From the NCBI GenBank assembly GCA_964036045.1, contig OZ038378.1:11594001-11658000 (forward strand): a stretch of 64,000 bases of DNA. The letters are read 5' to 3'. The stretch comes from Eutreptiella sp. 'Long Island Sound 2002' (lineage: Eukaryota > Protista > Euglenida). Within the stretch, counting starts at the first letter, position 1, and each line of letters begins with the position of its first letter. The translations under genes and the position numbers were made by a program. Shown here piece by piece: positions 1 through 13,769 of this stretch. The notes beneath the pieces are model-generated. The model saw only the letters and a list, made by a program, of their open reading frames with translations, was not told where the DNA came from and searched no databases.

Positions 1-1249
1 TTGCAAAAGTGGCATTATTGTGGAAAAAAAATTTTACTTGCCATCACAGTAACAAAAATTACCCAACCTTACCGCCAAAAAAATTTACACATCCTTACCG
101 CAAAAAAAACTGTACACCAACGTTGTTTTTTTTTTTTTGTTCAAAGCACTCTGCAACCTTACCGCAAAAAAAAATTACGCGCATGGAGGGTTTTTTTGTA
201 CACAGTTGCATGGCTCCTCTCAACAGGGCAGCTCTGATGGAGACTCAGGCCACGCTGTCCCATTGGCCTGTGTTGGTATGTAAACAATCTGTGGCATCTT
301 TTAGGTGCTCTGATGTTCAACCCTTGAATGAAATGCCATACAGTTTTGGCAAATGGATTATGTGAGGAGGAATGTGCTTTACGAAATCAACATGTATAAG
401 TGGCTTTACAGCTTGCCTCACATGTGAAAGGTGGCCAATCCCAGCTGCTGACACAGAATTTTGTAGCACACACACACATACGTGCGCAACACACAACAGG
501 CAGCCGGCAGCCAGCAACAATCTCAGTCGTGCAACGTGTACTGTCCATCTCCCATGTGCACGTGGGGCTGCCTCATTTGTAGGTGTTTTACTGAGTGCCC
601 CAATGTTCCAGATTGGCGAGCGTATCTGGTCAAAGCCCATTCAGTGGCTTGGGCAGACAATTTTGCCATCATTTGTCTATGATACCCTGGTGGCCAGGCC
701 CTGGTGTTATCTACTGCACCTCCTGGACTCTGCTGCTTCAATGGCATTCCATCATGTATGCCTCACAACCGATCTTCTTTCCCTAAAGATGCCACTCCAC
801 CTTCCCCAAACATGCTCAGACACAGCATGCCCCGGAGGGGGGACTAGCTCGGACCAACAGCGCGTGGAGGGAATCAGGCTGGAAATCAGGGTATTGGAAG
901 AGAGACTGGCCAAACCAGTCATGGGGAGTGGGTTCGCTGGGGACAGGGCGCTGGGAGGAGGACGAGAGGCTGCGGAAAGGTTACTGGGAATGAAGGGCAT
1001 CAGGACAGGAATGGCGAGGGGCACAAAGTGTTGCCACAGTGCGCTGCAGTCACTCCAACCATTGCTTTATTGTCTTGTGGTTCATCAAATGTTGGAGTTA
1101 GACGTCAGAGTAAGGGTCCCCTTCAAGGCAGTGTGCAAGTTTCATCTGCTGCCAAGCAGATGCAAGTGCAGTCCAAACCCCACCAAAAATGCGATGGCAC
1201 TCAAGACTTCGCAGCATCAAACCGACGATGACAAAGCCCATATGCCATC

Positions 1250-1420
1250 CATAAATTGTATGGGCCCATTTGGAGTGCACATGTGCGGGCGGTCACTGCA
1301 GAACCACCCATACCGGTCAGGTGGCATGAGATGTCCCCCGTGGCAGTACTGCCCTCAAACAGCCACATGTCCACAAAGCCCCCCCCTTCAAGAGGTAACT
1401 GGCGTTACAGCCACAGACGT
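1250..1420 (-). pseudogene. Possible degenerate tyrosine recombinase C-terminus (DIRS/Ngaro/Crypton-like relic)
   Basis: With frameshifts the minus strand reads roughly T-x-x-x-L-R-x-G-S-T-A-T ... G-W ... S-A-V-T-A-R-T-C-A-L-Q. This resembles the HSLRRGGA...GRW.S...Y motifs of element-borne YRs. Heavily decayed. Confidence 0.25.
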
Positions 1421-3399
1421 CCAGTAAACTCCGGTGGGCACAAAGAGGCACATCCGGTGGCGTCTGGCAGAAAGGCGGGCTGCCTCCGGCAACATCAGCT
1501 GGGAGGGGCAGGGATGGGTTGGTCGCAATGGGAACAGATAGGTACAGGTGTGGGCAGGGCTGGGCAGGGATGGGTTGTTATGGTGGTGTGTAGCTGCCGA
1601 CCTCATATCTTTTCAACCTCATCAATGGTGTTTACTCCCAGAAGCAAAGAATGGGTGGCTCTGGGAGGGGGGTGATGCAGTATCACCCATGGAAACGGGG
1701 CAGGGCTGGCAGCCTTGGAGGATGGATGTTGCCAAAAAGCGCAGGAAAGCGCCATGAAACAGATGAACCCCAGCATCCACGTACCGCCGCCCCGCCAAAG
1801 GGTGCAACTGCAGTGTCCTGGCAATTCTGAACTGCAGTTTGCCACATGCTAAGAGCAAGTCTAGTCGCAGTTGTCCAATGTCTGTGAGGGGGCGTCTTTC
1901 TGTGGAACATGATTTGGTGAATTGCAGCCTGTGCCCCCAGTCAAACATGTTGCAGAAATGTGCAGATTTCTTCACTTTGGCAGTCTCTTCCACACTTCTC
2001 TGGACCAAAATTTCTAAAATCTTATTATTGTTGTTCATGTTCATCTACCAATGTCTAAAATCTAAGGTTCTTGCTCACTTTGGTTCTGAAAAGTATGATC
2101 GAGCTGCATGCAGTGCCCCGGAGTCTGTCAGGACCCTATTTGTATTTGTTTCCCGCCTGTGGTGATTGGCGTCCCGTCTCGTGACTGCCGACTACTGCAC
2201 GTGACTGGCCAACCGCCGTTGTTGATTGGCCTGGCGCTAATGGTCACCTGTTGTGTTACCCGTCAAGTGTCCTCCCGTGTGTCATTTTTGGCTGAAGTGT
2301 GGCCTGGCTGTTTCTATTCTTTAGACGTTACGGAAGGACCTGCTGTGGGCCTGCTCCTTCTGCATCACGTTCTTCACCAGTTATTTTTTCTCATCTCTTG
2401 GTTCCAATGCATCTGTTTCGCCACAAACCTCCTCTTGGCCTAGATGGTGAAGCAAACAAGTGATTTTGGGGCAGTTGGAGGTTGAGGCTTTGTCCCTGTT
2501 TCAATGCATCTTCCGCCTTTTTTTTTTGGCACAATCATGTATTTTCAGAAAATCATGACAATCTTGCCTGATTGCGTGTTGGAGCGCCACTGTGTCAGCC
2601 TCGCCTCAGCAGTAATGTCAATTGATAGTTGGGTGAGGACTCCCAATGTTGGTGTCAAATTGTTCTACTAGGTGTCTGCCATGGTGCAGGTGCTGTGTGG
2701 ACCACGCAACATAGCACAGCATGTACACACTCCTGCACTCTGTTGCTTAGTGCCTTTTTTTTTTCCAAAAGGCGCTCAGATGACACCATGAAGTTGTGTG
2801 TACTGATCGGCGCGTTGGTAGGGGCCTGACAGCTCCGTGCAACCAGAGTAGGCTTTTGTCGAGAGATACTCCCCAGAAGTAGTGCGCAGTGCATGATAAA
2901 GTTTCTGCACAGTCACCCTCCAGATGGATGGGGTCATGGTGTTGATGATGGGCTCTTGTAGCTGGGATGCTGCCAGCAAGAGGGACCGTTGCTGTGCAGG
3001 GCGCATGCGGGGCAAATTTTCAGCCCTAAACACTCCTGACCGCCACTTGCAAACCATGTCGGGCTGAACATCCCTGCAATTGTTTAGCCACCCTTCCCAT
3101 TCCCTCTCAAAGACCAAGGAGTTTCAGTCCACCCATCCTTTTCACCATCCCCACCTAAATGCCAACCATCCAAGTCACAGGTTGCAAAGTTAAGCAAGCC
3201 AAAAAAAATACAATGTGAAATGGAAGTAGCGAAGTCTATTGAGATTTAGCTTGAGAAGGCAACAAAAGACGGGTGAAATGACCTGGTCCTGACCATGCCT
3301 CTCGACCCCAAAAAGACTTGCAGCGTTCATTGTTTACTCTAATTTCAGAGTGTCTGTCGCTGATTTTGTCACTCCCTCATATCAGCCGACAAACAATAC

Positions 3400-3680
3400 A
3401 ACAAGACTCCTAGCCGATGGCAAAGTGCTAGTTTGCACTAACTCTCAATACATGCTCCTAGGAGGGCAAGGGGCAGCCCTCAAGTGGTATGCCTATGGTT
3501 GGGTTGGCGAACATGGACTGGTTCAAAGTGCCTCTTTGGGAAGGAATCTTGGATGCATTTGATACCCTAGGATGGCTAGTACAATGGCTTAACGCCCCAG
3601 TGCATGTCCACATCTACAGCAATATTCAGGCGGACTCCCTAGCCAACCGGGGTAGATCATGCAGCCCTCTTTCTGCTACA
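3400..3680 (+). pseudogene. Frameshifted RNase H domain relic from a LINE
   Basis: LLADGKVLVCTNSQYMLLGGQGAALKWYAYGWVGEHGLV / PLWEGILDAFDTLGWLVQWLNAPVHVHIYSNIQADSLANRGR aligns by eye to the RNase H at 62100-62360 (LSFGKVAICTDSEYVFLGATGAARRWKLRGWTGSSGPVSNVPLWELLL...KVPSHVDILGNNEADRLAEQGR). One frameshift. Confidence 0.8.
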
Positions 3681-4854
3681 CCCCCCATTTTTTGGCTAGT
3701 CTATCTCCAGTTTGTAAACAGCTTGGGCTCTCACATCACGATGCTGAAATTTTGACTCCCTTGGTATGGCTTTCATCTACTTTTTGGAATTTCCATACAC
3801 CCGCTAGCACGCAGTGAGGCAGCATGCGCCTTAGTGACCTCAATTTGATGCCTATGGATGGCGAATTGTGTTCTGTCACATTCTGGCGGTCCATCAACAC
3901 TACCGTACACTACCGTGGGTGTGTCCACTACCTGTGACTGGGGAAGTCGGGTTTTCACTTCCGGGGGGGGGGGGGGGTGGATAGAGCCCCCGAAAACTGA
4001 GGGGGGGGGGCGGGTTCGAGAAGAGGGCTCAATTGACAGGACCATTAGTAAGTTATTATGAACTCTGGCACCGAAGGCACCAAACATTTTTTTGAGCATT
4101 GGAAATGGTCAATTTTCACCAAATACATGGCAGATGATGACTTTTCTGAACCCCCTCAGCGCGCTGATTCCAAAAATCCCATTTTCATTTTTTGCCGGAT
4201 TTCGGGTCCAGGTCATTTCTGGGCCCAGGGGTCAGTCTCTGTAGGTTTTTTTCGGGGGGGAGGGGGCATCAATTGAGCCCTTTTTGGGGGGGGGGGGGGG
4301 GCTAGCCAGAGGGCTTCATCGGCACTCCGCCCCCGGAGATGAAAGCCCACACGTATGGAAGCATAGGGTTGGCTGTCTGTACATCCTCATTCAGCTGCGT
4401 GTGTATGCGGCTGTGCAACTCTATTTGTTTTCACCGCACACAGGGTGTGTAGTGCACATGAGGTATGGCCGAAGGAGTGCTTGCTTCTGCACCTCGGTTA
4501 ACAGTATACAGACATCCATTGTATGCCACAGAGAATGTACCGTAGCACCCACATGGGTGGTCTCACATTGATACCTTACTTACCAAGTTCGGTTTGTGCC
4601 AGTTGCAAGTCTGCAGTTTGTGTTTCGCATGAACTCTCGCAAGTCTCTAGCCTGCTTTGGGGCCTCCTGTTGGGGGCGGGGGGGTTCTTGGACTGAAGTC
4701 TAAGACATTTGCCAAAAAGGAGCTGGACACGCGCTAGGCAAAGGCTCCCTCAAACGCATTCTGTGTTGGGGATGTAATGAGCTACGGGTCCCTCGCTCAG
4801 CAGACAAAGCCCTGGGGCAGTGATGAGCAGCCACATTTATACATGCAACTGCAG

Positions 4855-5019
4855 GTGCAGAAGCAGGCTTTGCGTCTGGTGCTCACCATGGCCTCTGCTG
4901 CGACGCCAGTTGCAAAGCTCGACGCCAATGAACTGTGCAGACGCAAAGAAGTGGTTGAGAAGTATCTCAATGATCCATTGGTGTATTCCGAAGCACTGAA
5001 GATGGGCACCGTTTACCAG
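4855..5019 (+). CDS. Penultimate exon of monoglyceride lipase/lysophospholipase-like alpha/beta hydrolase (Hydrolase_4-like)
   Basis: CTGCAG acceptor ends at 4854 (alternative CAG at 4860) and GT donor starts at 5020. Reads VQKQALRLVLTMASAATPVAKLDANELCRRKEVVEKYLNDPLVYSEALKMGTVYQ, resembling the MAG-lipase cap region (LSR...V..Y..DPL). Joins exon 6093 in phase 0. Confidence 0.8.
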
Positions 5020-6092
5020 GTTTCTCGTCTCTCAAGGGTTATTGCAGGTGTTTTTTGTGGCCAATTATGACAACCGCAGATCCCCACACCCTAATTGAGG
5101 CAGCCATTCACAGGCATTAGCGCGAATTAGCGGGTGTTGTCGGTCGCCAAATGGCCACCAGCATGTATTTGCAAAGGTATCCACGGAAACCGAAGCCCCA
5201 TCATGTCACCTAAGCAAGAGTGGCATGTTTTGGGAGAAGTACATAACTCAGACTCTGCACTTAGGTTTCCACTCAAACATGTGTGGAAGACACGTGTAGA
5301 TGTTGAAGGTCATCAGAAGGGGCAACAGACACTGGGGCGGCGCCCCCTGAGCAATGGAGACGACCTGACCCACAGGGCACAAGACAGAAATGAAGTGGAC
5401 ACCATGGCTTCACTTGACACTGTAGACACCCATACGTGACCCCCGCGCCCTGTGAGCCACAATTGCTGAAAGCAAACAGGGGAGGGGGAGGCTGCGGTCA
5501 GGAGGTCATCCAAAATGATGACAGGTGTCACCATCAACCGGCTGTGATGCAGAACCATGCCCCTGAGCTGCAGGCCAGAGACGTGAGGGAGAGAGGAATT
5601 TTCCTGCAGCTGTTTTGGCGGCCTAAGGTACTTACCCCCACCACCACCACCACCACTTACCACCACCCCCACACTTGCCCCAAGCCAGTCCGTGTCTAAC
5701 CCCTGCTGACCGCTTGTGTTCTCACTGCAATTTTCATGGAAACCATTGCGCAAGGTGGTGTGGTAGGAAACAGCGGCTGGACTATGCCGATGAAGAGGTG
5801 TTTCTGGTCACAACAACGTTCTGCTTAAGGGTGCAACGCACTTCTCTTTGTTCCGATGTGATTTCCAGCGATTTATGGCTGCAACGTGGTGCGATCTCAC
5901 CATGAGCCGCCGACCTTCGCGGGGCGTGTGAGACCGGCCTTGTCTAGGCAAGGGATACCTGTCTGAGCGTCAGTTTCCTTGATTTCGGCCATGTTTGCGC
6001 AAGGGCGAGGAGGGGCAACCACGTTCACATCCGCATCTGCATTGCAGCTGTTGACCCATGCGCTTGCGTCAAGTGCCATGTGTTTGTTGCAG

Positions 6093-6347
6093 TTGATGGA
6101 TTTGACGGATCACGTGCACAGCCGCCAAGTCACAGCGCAAATGAGATGCCCCATAGCCATTTACCATGGGACAGCTGACACTATCACGCCAGTGACTGGG
6201 TCGCTGAACCTGTGTCCAATGTTGGCTAGCACAGAGAAGTATTTGAAGGTGTACCCAGGAATGCGGCATGAGATCTTAAATGAGGACGTTGCTGCTGTCA
6301 CATCAGATATGCTGCGGTGGATGGAGGCTGAGCTTGCAAAGTGTTAG
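6093..6347 (+). CDS. Terminal exon of the same alpha/beta hydrolase (catalytic Asp and His)
   Basis: Pyrimidine-rich TTGTTGCAG acceptor ends at 6092. Reads LMDLTDHVHSRQVTAQMRCPIAIYHGTADTITPVTGSLNLCPMLASTEKYLKVYPGMRHEILNE...*, with HGTAD and K.LKVYPG..HE.LNE motifs. The GxSxG exon was not found and is probably upstream of the window. Confidence 0.88.
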   Translation: MMDLTDHVHSRQVTAQMRCPIAIYHGTADTITPVTGSLNLCPMLASTEKYLKVYPGMRHEILNEDVAAVTSDMLRWMEAELAKC

Positions 6348-6799
6348 GTGTGGTGAGGTACAGAATAATCCGAGCCACAATATGTTCAGGAGGCAAGTAG
6401 CACTGTGGCTACCCAACAGTTATAGTCTTGGGCTGGGCAGGGGGGGCACTCGCCTGCATATGGTGCACCACGTACTCAGGGTCAGGCCCGCCCAACCACT
6501 TGCCCGCATACTCAAACTTCTCTCCAACCATTTTATAACCTCCAGATTTCAGCACCAACCTCTTTTCCTATGAGGGTGCCGCCTGCGTGGTGCGACGTTA
6601 GCCCAATGTGCACGCCAACTATGGTAACAGTAAACGTTGGGCAGTGGGCACTAAATGCAACAGTTGGGTGATGCTATCTGTTTGTAGGCAAGACACTCTT
6701 TAAGGGTATTCCTTTTGGGGAATCGGGACATGATGGATGCATGTACATGAGCAACAGTGTTACGTTGCAATATGTTGTGCTCAACTCAACAACCCACAT

Positions 6800-9700
6800 G
6801 CCGAGCCCGGTCAAGCTACGGCAACGGCGGCCGACCCCGATGTTCTGCGCCGCATGCCATCCCCCCCCCATTTACGAGGCCTGTGCAAAGGCCATCTAGG
6901 TGGTAGGGGATACCCTCCCTTGCTCCCGGCGCCCCCTCGCCCGCTAATCGCGCACCCCCCCCCCCATTGGCCCTGCCTTCCCGTCCTCTTCTTACGCTTG
7001 ACCTGCATGTTGGCCGCCCTTTGGCGGCCCCTTCGACGAATTTTCAGGCCTGACCTTGCCCTTTGCTTAGCCTCCCGCGCCATGGCGGCCACAACGCAAT
7101 GGGGTCTTCGGCACGAGCAGCTAATTCACAGCATATCCGCCTCCCCCGGATTCCCCCAAGGGCCATCCCAAACTTCCCAAGCAAAGGGCGTAGATATACC
7201 CAGCGGGAACCCCCTAGGGGCCAATGGCCACTCTAGGAGGGGCGCTCATGTCAGGGGGCGGGGTGTGATAGCGGGGGGGGGGACCCAATTTGCCCCCCCC
7301 CCCCCCGGCGGTCCATGGCGGTGATAGATCATGCTACGCCAACCCCCCTCCCCGGGAGGAAAAGCACCAACAAGAGCAGGGGCAGCCTCGGGGCAGGAAG
7401 CCCCCCCCCCACGACTGGGCATCCTAGTCCGCCAGGGGCTCCCGGCCCGGCAAGTGAAGCTCTGGGCGAATGCGCCGGATGGTGACACGGCGATAGAGCT
7501 GTTGCGCTCCAAGCGGTGGTGCCATGTCCTGGTTCGGCTCACCACGGGAGCGCACCCCCTCCACGCGCATGCCGTATATGGGGTCCATTCCCAACCGGCG
7601 CTCAACTGAGCACTGTGGGAGTGTGTGCTCGGGTACATGGCGCAACATGGGCGGCACCCCAGGTGGTTGGGGGGGATTTTGGCTTCCCCCTGGACGACCT
7701 CCACTAGGCGCCCTCAAGGCTTTTGGCCCTTCTCCTAGCGCGGTGCATTGTCAACACGGACTCACAGCTAGCAGCGGCAGCCGGCCGGCCTCTTTCTCGT
7801 ACCCGGGGCCGGGGATGGAGCCCCTCCCACATCAATGGGTGGCTGGTGGACATGTGTGTCACGTCCCACTTGCCAAAGCTCAGAGGGAGACATGTCCCCC
7901 GCAACTTGTGGTGCGGGGATGCGCGTAATGCCCATCCCACAAAGGCCTAATAGTCCAGCTAGCTCGGCCCAAGAAACGTCGCCAAGGCTCGGCTGCCACG
8001 CAGGCGCCCTCACCCAGCAAACCAGATCATGGGTGGAGGGTGGTTCCCACCCCGGCCAACTGGGCAGCATACCCAACCGCATGCTGAGCGAGGGCGCTTG
8101 TGGTAGGCGCGGCAGGGGGCCACCTGGGTCAGCCCAGGAGTAGCGGCCGTGTTGCCCCGGCTGCGGCGCATGAGGTAAGAGCGCCTATCCCAAGTTGTCA
8201 CGCTCGTTGCGGCAGGCCGCCATACGCTCTGCCAATACCGTGAGGTACATGCCGTACAAGCAGTAGAGGAAGGCATCCATCAAGGCCCTATCAAGGACTT
8301 CCGAGAGGCGGGCGGGCAAAAGCCCCGCCGTCGGAGGCACGCCGGCTAGTGTTTGGGGGGGGGGGGCTGGGGTATGGCCGCAAGTGTAGCAAGCAGTCAC
8401 ATGGCCCAGATGTCCTGCGCCTTGTGCCATCGCAGGCAGTTGTAGAGGACGCTTGCCTCATCCTCACGGGCTGTGCAGCAAAACAGACAGGTCGAGGGAG
8501 TCAGCAACTCATGCGTGCACACACGCACCAAGGTCTACAGCGCCCCCAACAGTAGCCGTTGGAGCACCGAGGCCTCCTCCTTGGTAGAGTCCACCCGGAG
8601 TGCCGCATGGCAGGCCGCGCCGTCCGTGCCGTCCCCCAGCTCCTCGAATGTGGCTAGTCGGGGTGCCTCCAACTCGCATGGCAGCGGAGCACCTCCTGCA
8701 CTCGGTGCCAGATGGCCCGCATGGGCTCATGTCCCTAGGGTGCTAGCCCAAAGGTGTGCGGAACGCACGGCCCACCGGGCCGTCCACTGGTGGTTGGGCT
8801 CGCACTTTCAAATTGCCCGCACGAAGACCTGGGTCACTCCCGGGCATCGCACCACACGAGCCAGCCAGATGATGAGCTCGTAGCTAGGGTAATTCGGTGG
8901 CCCAGCGTCAGTACGGAGAACACAATCTCCTTGGCCCGGGAAAGCCGGGTGGCCCCACCAACCGTAGGACAAGGGTCTCGAACTTGGTAAGATTGCCGTC
9001 AAATATCCCCACCAGGGCCACGCCATGCGACGCCAGAGGGGTCACTCGGGTGCCAACCGCCCGCACCCGGCGGTGAAAGGCCGGTAGCGTAGCGCCCCGT
9101 CGTGGCAGAACCCACTGATGTTGGGGGAAGCGGCCTACTAGCACCCCTGCCCCCTGGGGCATCCCCCCCCCCCATTCCTCCCTCCCCTACCTTTGCAAGC
9201 AGGCGAGGTGTGCGGGGTATGTGCATGCCGGCAATGTGTGCTAGCGCAGTGCTACGATATGCACCCGCATCCAAGGCCACAGCATGCAGCAGTGGCCAAT
9301 GTGACCAAGGTGGGGGCACACCTAGACACCATCCTTGCCGTGCGCCCTACCTTCAACCGCTTGCTAAGTACCGGCCCTGTGTGCAGCGAGCCGCCCACGG
9401 CCACGTCCAACCCGAGCTAGCGGAAGCAGTCCGCCACCGAAAGGGCTTGTCCGCGGAGCATCACCGCCGGGGGCCCGGCCTCGCCCTGCACCCAACAGCA
9501 CGACTCGTCTGCGCAAATGTCCTACCCCGTGACCCAGAGCCATTCTTCCGTGTTCAGCACCAAGCCCTGATGGGCCGCCACCCCCACAGCCACCACCTGG
9601 GTGTCGTTAGCGTAGCCCGACGACCCTAGGGCCACATACTTGGTACCCGGATCTACTAGTGGTGGCGGCTCCACAGGGTCCCGCCCGTCCTCGGAGTCGA

Positions 9701-11900
9701 CGTCCTCCAAGGCCGGGGGCACCACCGCCGTGGCCACGCAAACCTGGAGACAGCGGGAATCGACCTCCCACTTCCACACCGTGGTGAGCACATTCAACGC
9801 ATCACCAACCAGGGGCACCGATGCTCATCCCCACCACCACCCAACGCCGGGGGTGGCAGAGCTCCAGGAGGACTTGGGTCACCGCCGCCCCGTCCGGCGC
9901 ACTGCGCGCCAATCGGAAGCCGAAGGTGCTAGGTTGTGCCCAAGCCTCCTGCCAACGGATGGTGTCCGCAAGATGGATGCCCGCCCACAAGCAGTACACC
10001 ACAGGAAAGTACCGTGAAAGGCCGTGTATTCTGCAGCCCCGGCGGCCCCTTTTTGGGGATGAGAGCTGTGTAGCCCGTGTCACGCGGGCTGGCCAGCGGC
10101 CTCGGTGTTCCACCGCCTGCAGCAGCTCCGTTAGCCACCCCGGAAGGACATCTGGGACGGCCCGGAGCTCGGCCAAGCTCCGGCCATCTAGCCCCAACGC
10201 CAACAGGAGCATCCGCGCTAGCCCGCGGCTAAAGAGGTCTCTCGTCACGTGTGAGGCGAGCATGGGCACGCGGCGCACATGGTGGCCATAGCGGGCCATA
10301 TCGGACTGGTCGGACTCCGACGTGGCCGTGTACTTGCAGTTGACGGGGCATCAGGCAGCCTACATGAGGCCGTCCATCCTCCGAAGGTTTGCTGTGGCAG
10401 TGCCATGTGGGCGAGTGAGCAAGGTGACCGGGGGCGCAAAGGACTTGTCCTTCAGCCACTAGTACACCGCCCCCTGGTCTGTGAATCACACATGCGCCAG
10501 CCACTTGCACGAGGCCTACGTGCGGGCATCATTGTCGCGGCCCGGCACCGTGCACATCTTGCCCTTCAAGACTGCTTGCGGGCTACACAACTCCCCCACC
10601 GTTGCCAGGGAGTCCTAAGTGCCCCGTGTGTGTACTCCAGAGTACTCTTGGCCCAGAGAGCGGATGCCCTCAAGTTGCCCCGGCGCACGGGCATTTTCAA
10701 GAGCCCGTCAGTCCCACGCCCCTGGGGCAGGTGTGGGGGCACCACTGGCAGCATTGACTCCGGGTCAATGGCCCCCTAGCTCGTACTCGGGCCACGAGAG
10801 GGCCGGGAGGACCTCCTTGGCGACCTATGTCTAGAGGGCCCAAAAGCAGTCGATGTCGCCCGCTGCCATTGCCGCGAATGAGCGCTGCTACAAAGGGCCT
10901 GCCAACTAGAAGACAAGCCACGCCTCCTTGTCCGTCTCCCATAGGAGGGGGGCCACCGAGCTCGGCCGGATGAATTTTTGCACCCGTTGCCTCGCCCCCA
11001 ATAGCAAGTCGAAGCAAACCGGCTAGTGACCCAAGATGCCCCCTGACGGGAGGGGCACGGCTAGAGCAGCGACACACACATGCCCGTGTCTTATTGGCGT
11101 GGGGAGAGCGCTACCTAATGGGCTACTTCCCCCGCGTGCCCGAAGGGGGGTGGGCGCTGTTGCCTTACTCACGACAACGCGTCCTTGCGCCGCATGAACG
11201 GCGGGAGGGGGCACAAGCCCTCGTGGCTAGGCCGCGTGTGCCCATCATCGGAGCCCCCCCCCCTCCCCCGGGGCACGGCCCCAAACGCAACAGCGCACCT
11301 CGGTGCCCCATGTACCAAGGAAGCAGCCCCCGAGGGCTGCCCGCGCACGACGACCAACGGCCCAAACGGCGAGTGCACGCAAATACGAGCAATACGCGCG
11401 AGCGGCCAACCAGCCCAGCCCGCGGGAGGGGGGGGCGCCACCACCTGCACTTGCAACGGGCATCCCCTCATCGCCAGGCTCGCTGTCCGGGTGGCACGCC
11501 CCCCCCCCCCTCGCCACGGGGCTTGGGGACAGACCCACCCCGTGATGTCAAGAAAGCGGAGTCGTCCTTGCCGGCAGTTTTCTCTAGCATGTCGCGGGCA
11601 CTATCCGCGAGTCGCTTGCTGGCGGCGCCCCCTCCCCTTGTGGCACGCACCCCCCCCTCCCACCGCCGCCGCCTTCAAGGGGGGGCAAATTTCTCATCAT
11701 CCTCTTCCTCCTCATCATCACTGGCTGCGGTACCGGCAACACCGCGGCAGCTCAACCAACCCCGTGTTCCTCAACACAGGGGGGCAAGCCGGCTTGCTGA
11801 ACCAGTCCCCCCCCCTCGGGGAGGGCTACGCATAGAGGAGGGCAGCCAGGTCGGCTCCATGGGGTGGGGTGAGCACGCAAGAGACCTAGCCTCAACCAGC
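6800..11900 (-). mobile_element. Decayed non-LTR retrotransposon (RT + RNase H), many frameshifts; ends approximate
   Basis: Fragments LIPKKGPPGLQNTRPFTVLS (~10050), VVYCLWAGIHLADTIRWQEAWAQPSTFGFR (~9950), MPLVGDALNVLTTVWKWEV (~9800), GYANDTQVV (YADD variant, ~9610), and RNase H-like GN.GEADML (~7150). Confidence 0.75.
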
Positions 11901-12129
11901 TCGTCCCTCTCAGCCGCCGCTCTCCATGGGTGGGGGGCGCCAAGGGGGGGGGGGGGACTTTGATCGGCCCCATCCCCCCGCCCCTATACCTCTGTACATA
12001 GGCCTATGGGCGATAAAAGGAGTCGTACCCGAAAATGCTGTTGTGTAGGCGGCTTAGTGGCACTTGACATTTTTCAAGTTCATTTTTTGCCAAAGCCCTT
12101 CTATCGCCGCTGTGATACGTTTGGGTTAC

Positions 12130-13630
12130 CATTTGGTGACAATGTGGGTACTCAAGCACCCATGGGGACCCACGCAATGGCCGCTAGGCCCATGTAGCCA
12201 AGACCATGGGCCCCCCGAAAGCCCCGAAATGGCTAGTTGTTTAGTGGCATGTGAAAAATTTCCAAGATTCCACGTTTTCCAAAACCCTTGGATCACCCCT
12301 GGGATGGGTTTGGGGGATCATTTAGTGATAGTGCGGCTACTTGAGCACCAATGGGGACCCATGTAGTGGACGCTATGGCCATGTAGCCTAGGCCATGTGC
12401 CCTCTGAAAGCCGTGAAGACCCACCCCCACCGCCAAGGATGCCTATGGCAACAGTTAGTTGTGTCTCTTTGAGGTGCCTTGGCAATAAAATTTGTTTGAA
12501 AGGTGGAGAATGTCATCCTGCACCAACCTCTAACTTTGAGGCCTTGCACCCATCTACTTCGTGCCCGGTTGTTGAAGGTGAGTATCCTCTTTCAGAGCCC
12601 AAGAAGAACATTGCATCCAGCACCGTCAGAGCCGAAGGCTGGAGAATCACCTCGAAGAGGGTTGTTAGATCAAGCGCAGGTGCGTACGCCATATACCCCC
12701 CTTTTTGGGGGTCATTTGCGTACGATACCCCAAGGTATGGTACCGGATGTCCAACCCCTTGTAAAATCATCATTTTAGGAGAGAAAATGATCCCCCAATG
12801 AATTTTTCGTTTTTGACCCCTTTACCCCCCCGTACCCGGGTACCCCTTTTTCGGGGGGGGGGTGTCGGGGGGGGGGGGTCAAAACTACTTTGCGTATTGT
12901 GGCTGCTGTGTGTGGAATTGGACCCAGGTCCAGGGCAACTTTTTTCTTGTACATGGACCCCCTAACCCATGGTGGGGGTCCCGGGTCCGAACTCCGGGTA
13001 CCCCTGGTCGCCCCCCCCTATGGGCCCTTGCTAGTGAGGACTTAGCCGTTTTCACGCTGGATAAGGCTGTTTAGTGACACCTGCAAGATTTCTGAAATTG
13101 GACTTTTTCGGAAACCCTTCTGTCGCCCCTGGGATGCGTTTGGGTGATGATTTAGTGACAATACGGGTACTTGAGCACCCATGGGGACCCACATAGTGGC
13201 CGCCAAGCCCATCTAGTCCGAGCCATGCCCCCCCAAAAGCCCCGAAATTGCCGTTGTGTGGGTTGTTTAGTGACACCTGCAAGATTTCTGAAATTGGACT
13301 TTTTTGGAAACCCTTCTGTCGCCCTTGGGATGGGTTTGGGTGATGATTTAGTGACAATACGGGTACTTGAGCACCCATGGGGACCCACATAGTGGCCGCC
13401 AAGCCCATATAGTCTGAGCCATGGCCCCCCCAAAAGCCCCGAAATTGCCGTTGTGTAGGCTGTTTAGTGACACCTGCAAGATTTCCGAAATTGGGCTTTT
13501 TTGGAAACCCTTCTGTCGCCCTTGGGATGGGTTTGGGTGATGATTTAGTGACAATACGGGTACTTGAGCACCCATGGGGACCCACATAGTGGCCGCCAAG
13601 CCCATCTAGCCCGAGCCATGGGCCCCCCAA
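12130..13630. repeat. ~196-197 bp tandem repeat (3 near-identical copies 13053-13630; 2 diverged copies 12130-12420)
   Basis: TTGAGCACCCATGGGGACCCACATAGTGG recurs at 13171, 13367 and 13564. Related units lie near 12150 and 12340, separated from the main array by other repeats. Confidence 0.9.
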
Positions 13631-13769
13631 AAGCTTCAAAATTGCTGTTTGTAGGTGGTTCAATGGCCTTTGGTGTGTGCATAAACTGCAGTTTTCCACC
13701 CTCTACAGGTCAAAAATGGAAATTTTTGCAAAACATTTTTTTGATATTGTGACCACTTACAATGATGAA

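Noticed and set aside
372-1427. 351-aa plus-strand ORF as a gene
   Set aside because: No recognisable domain. The only motif-like signal is on the opposite strand.
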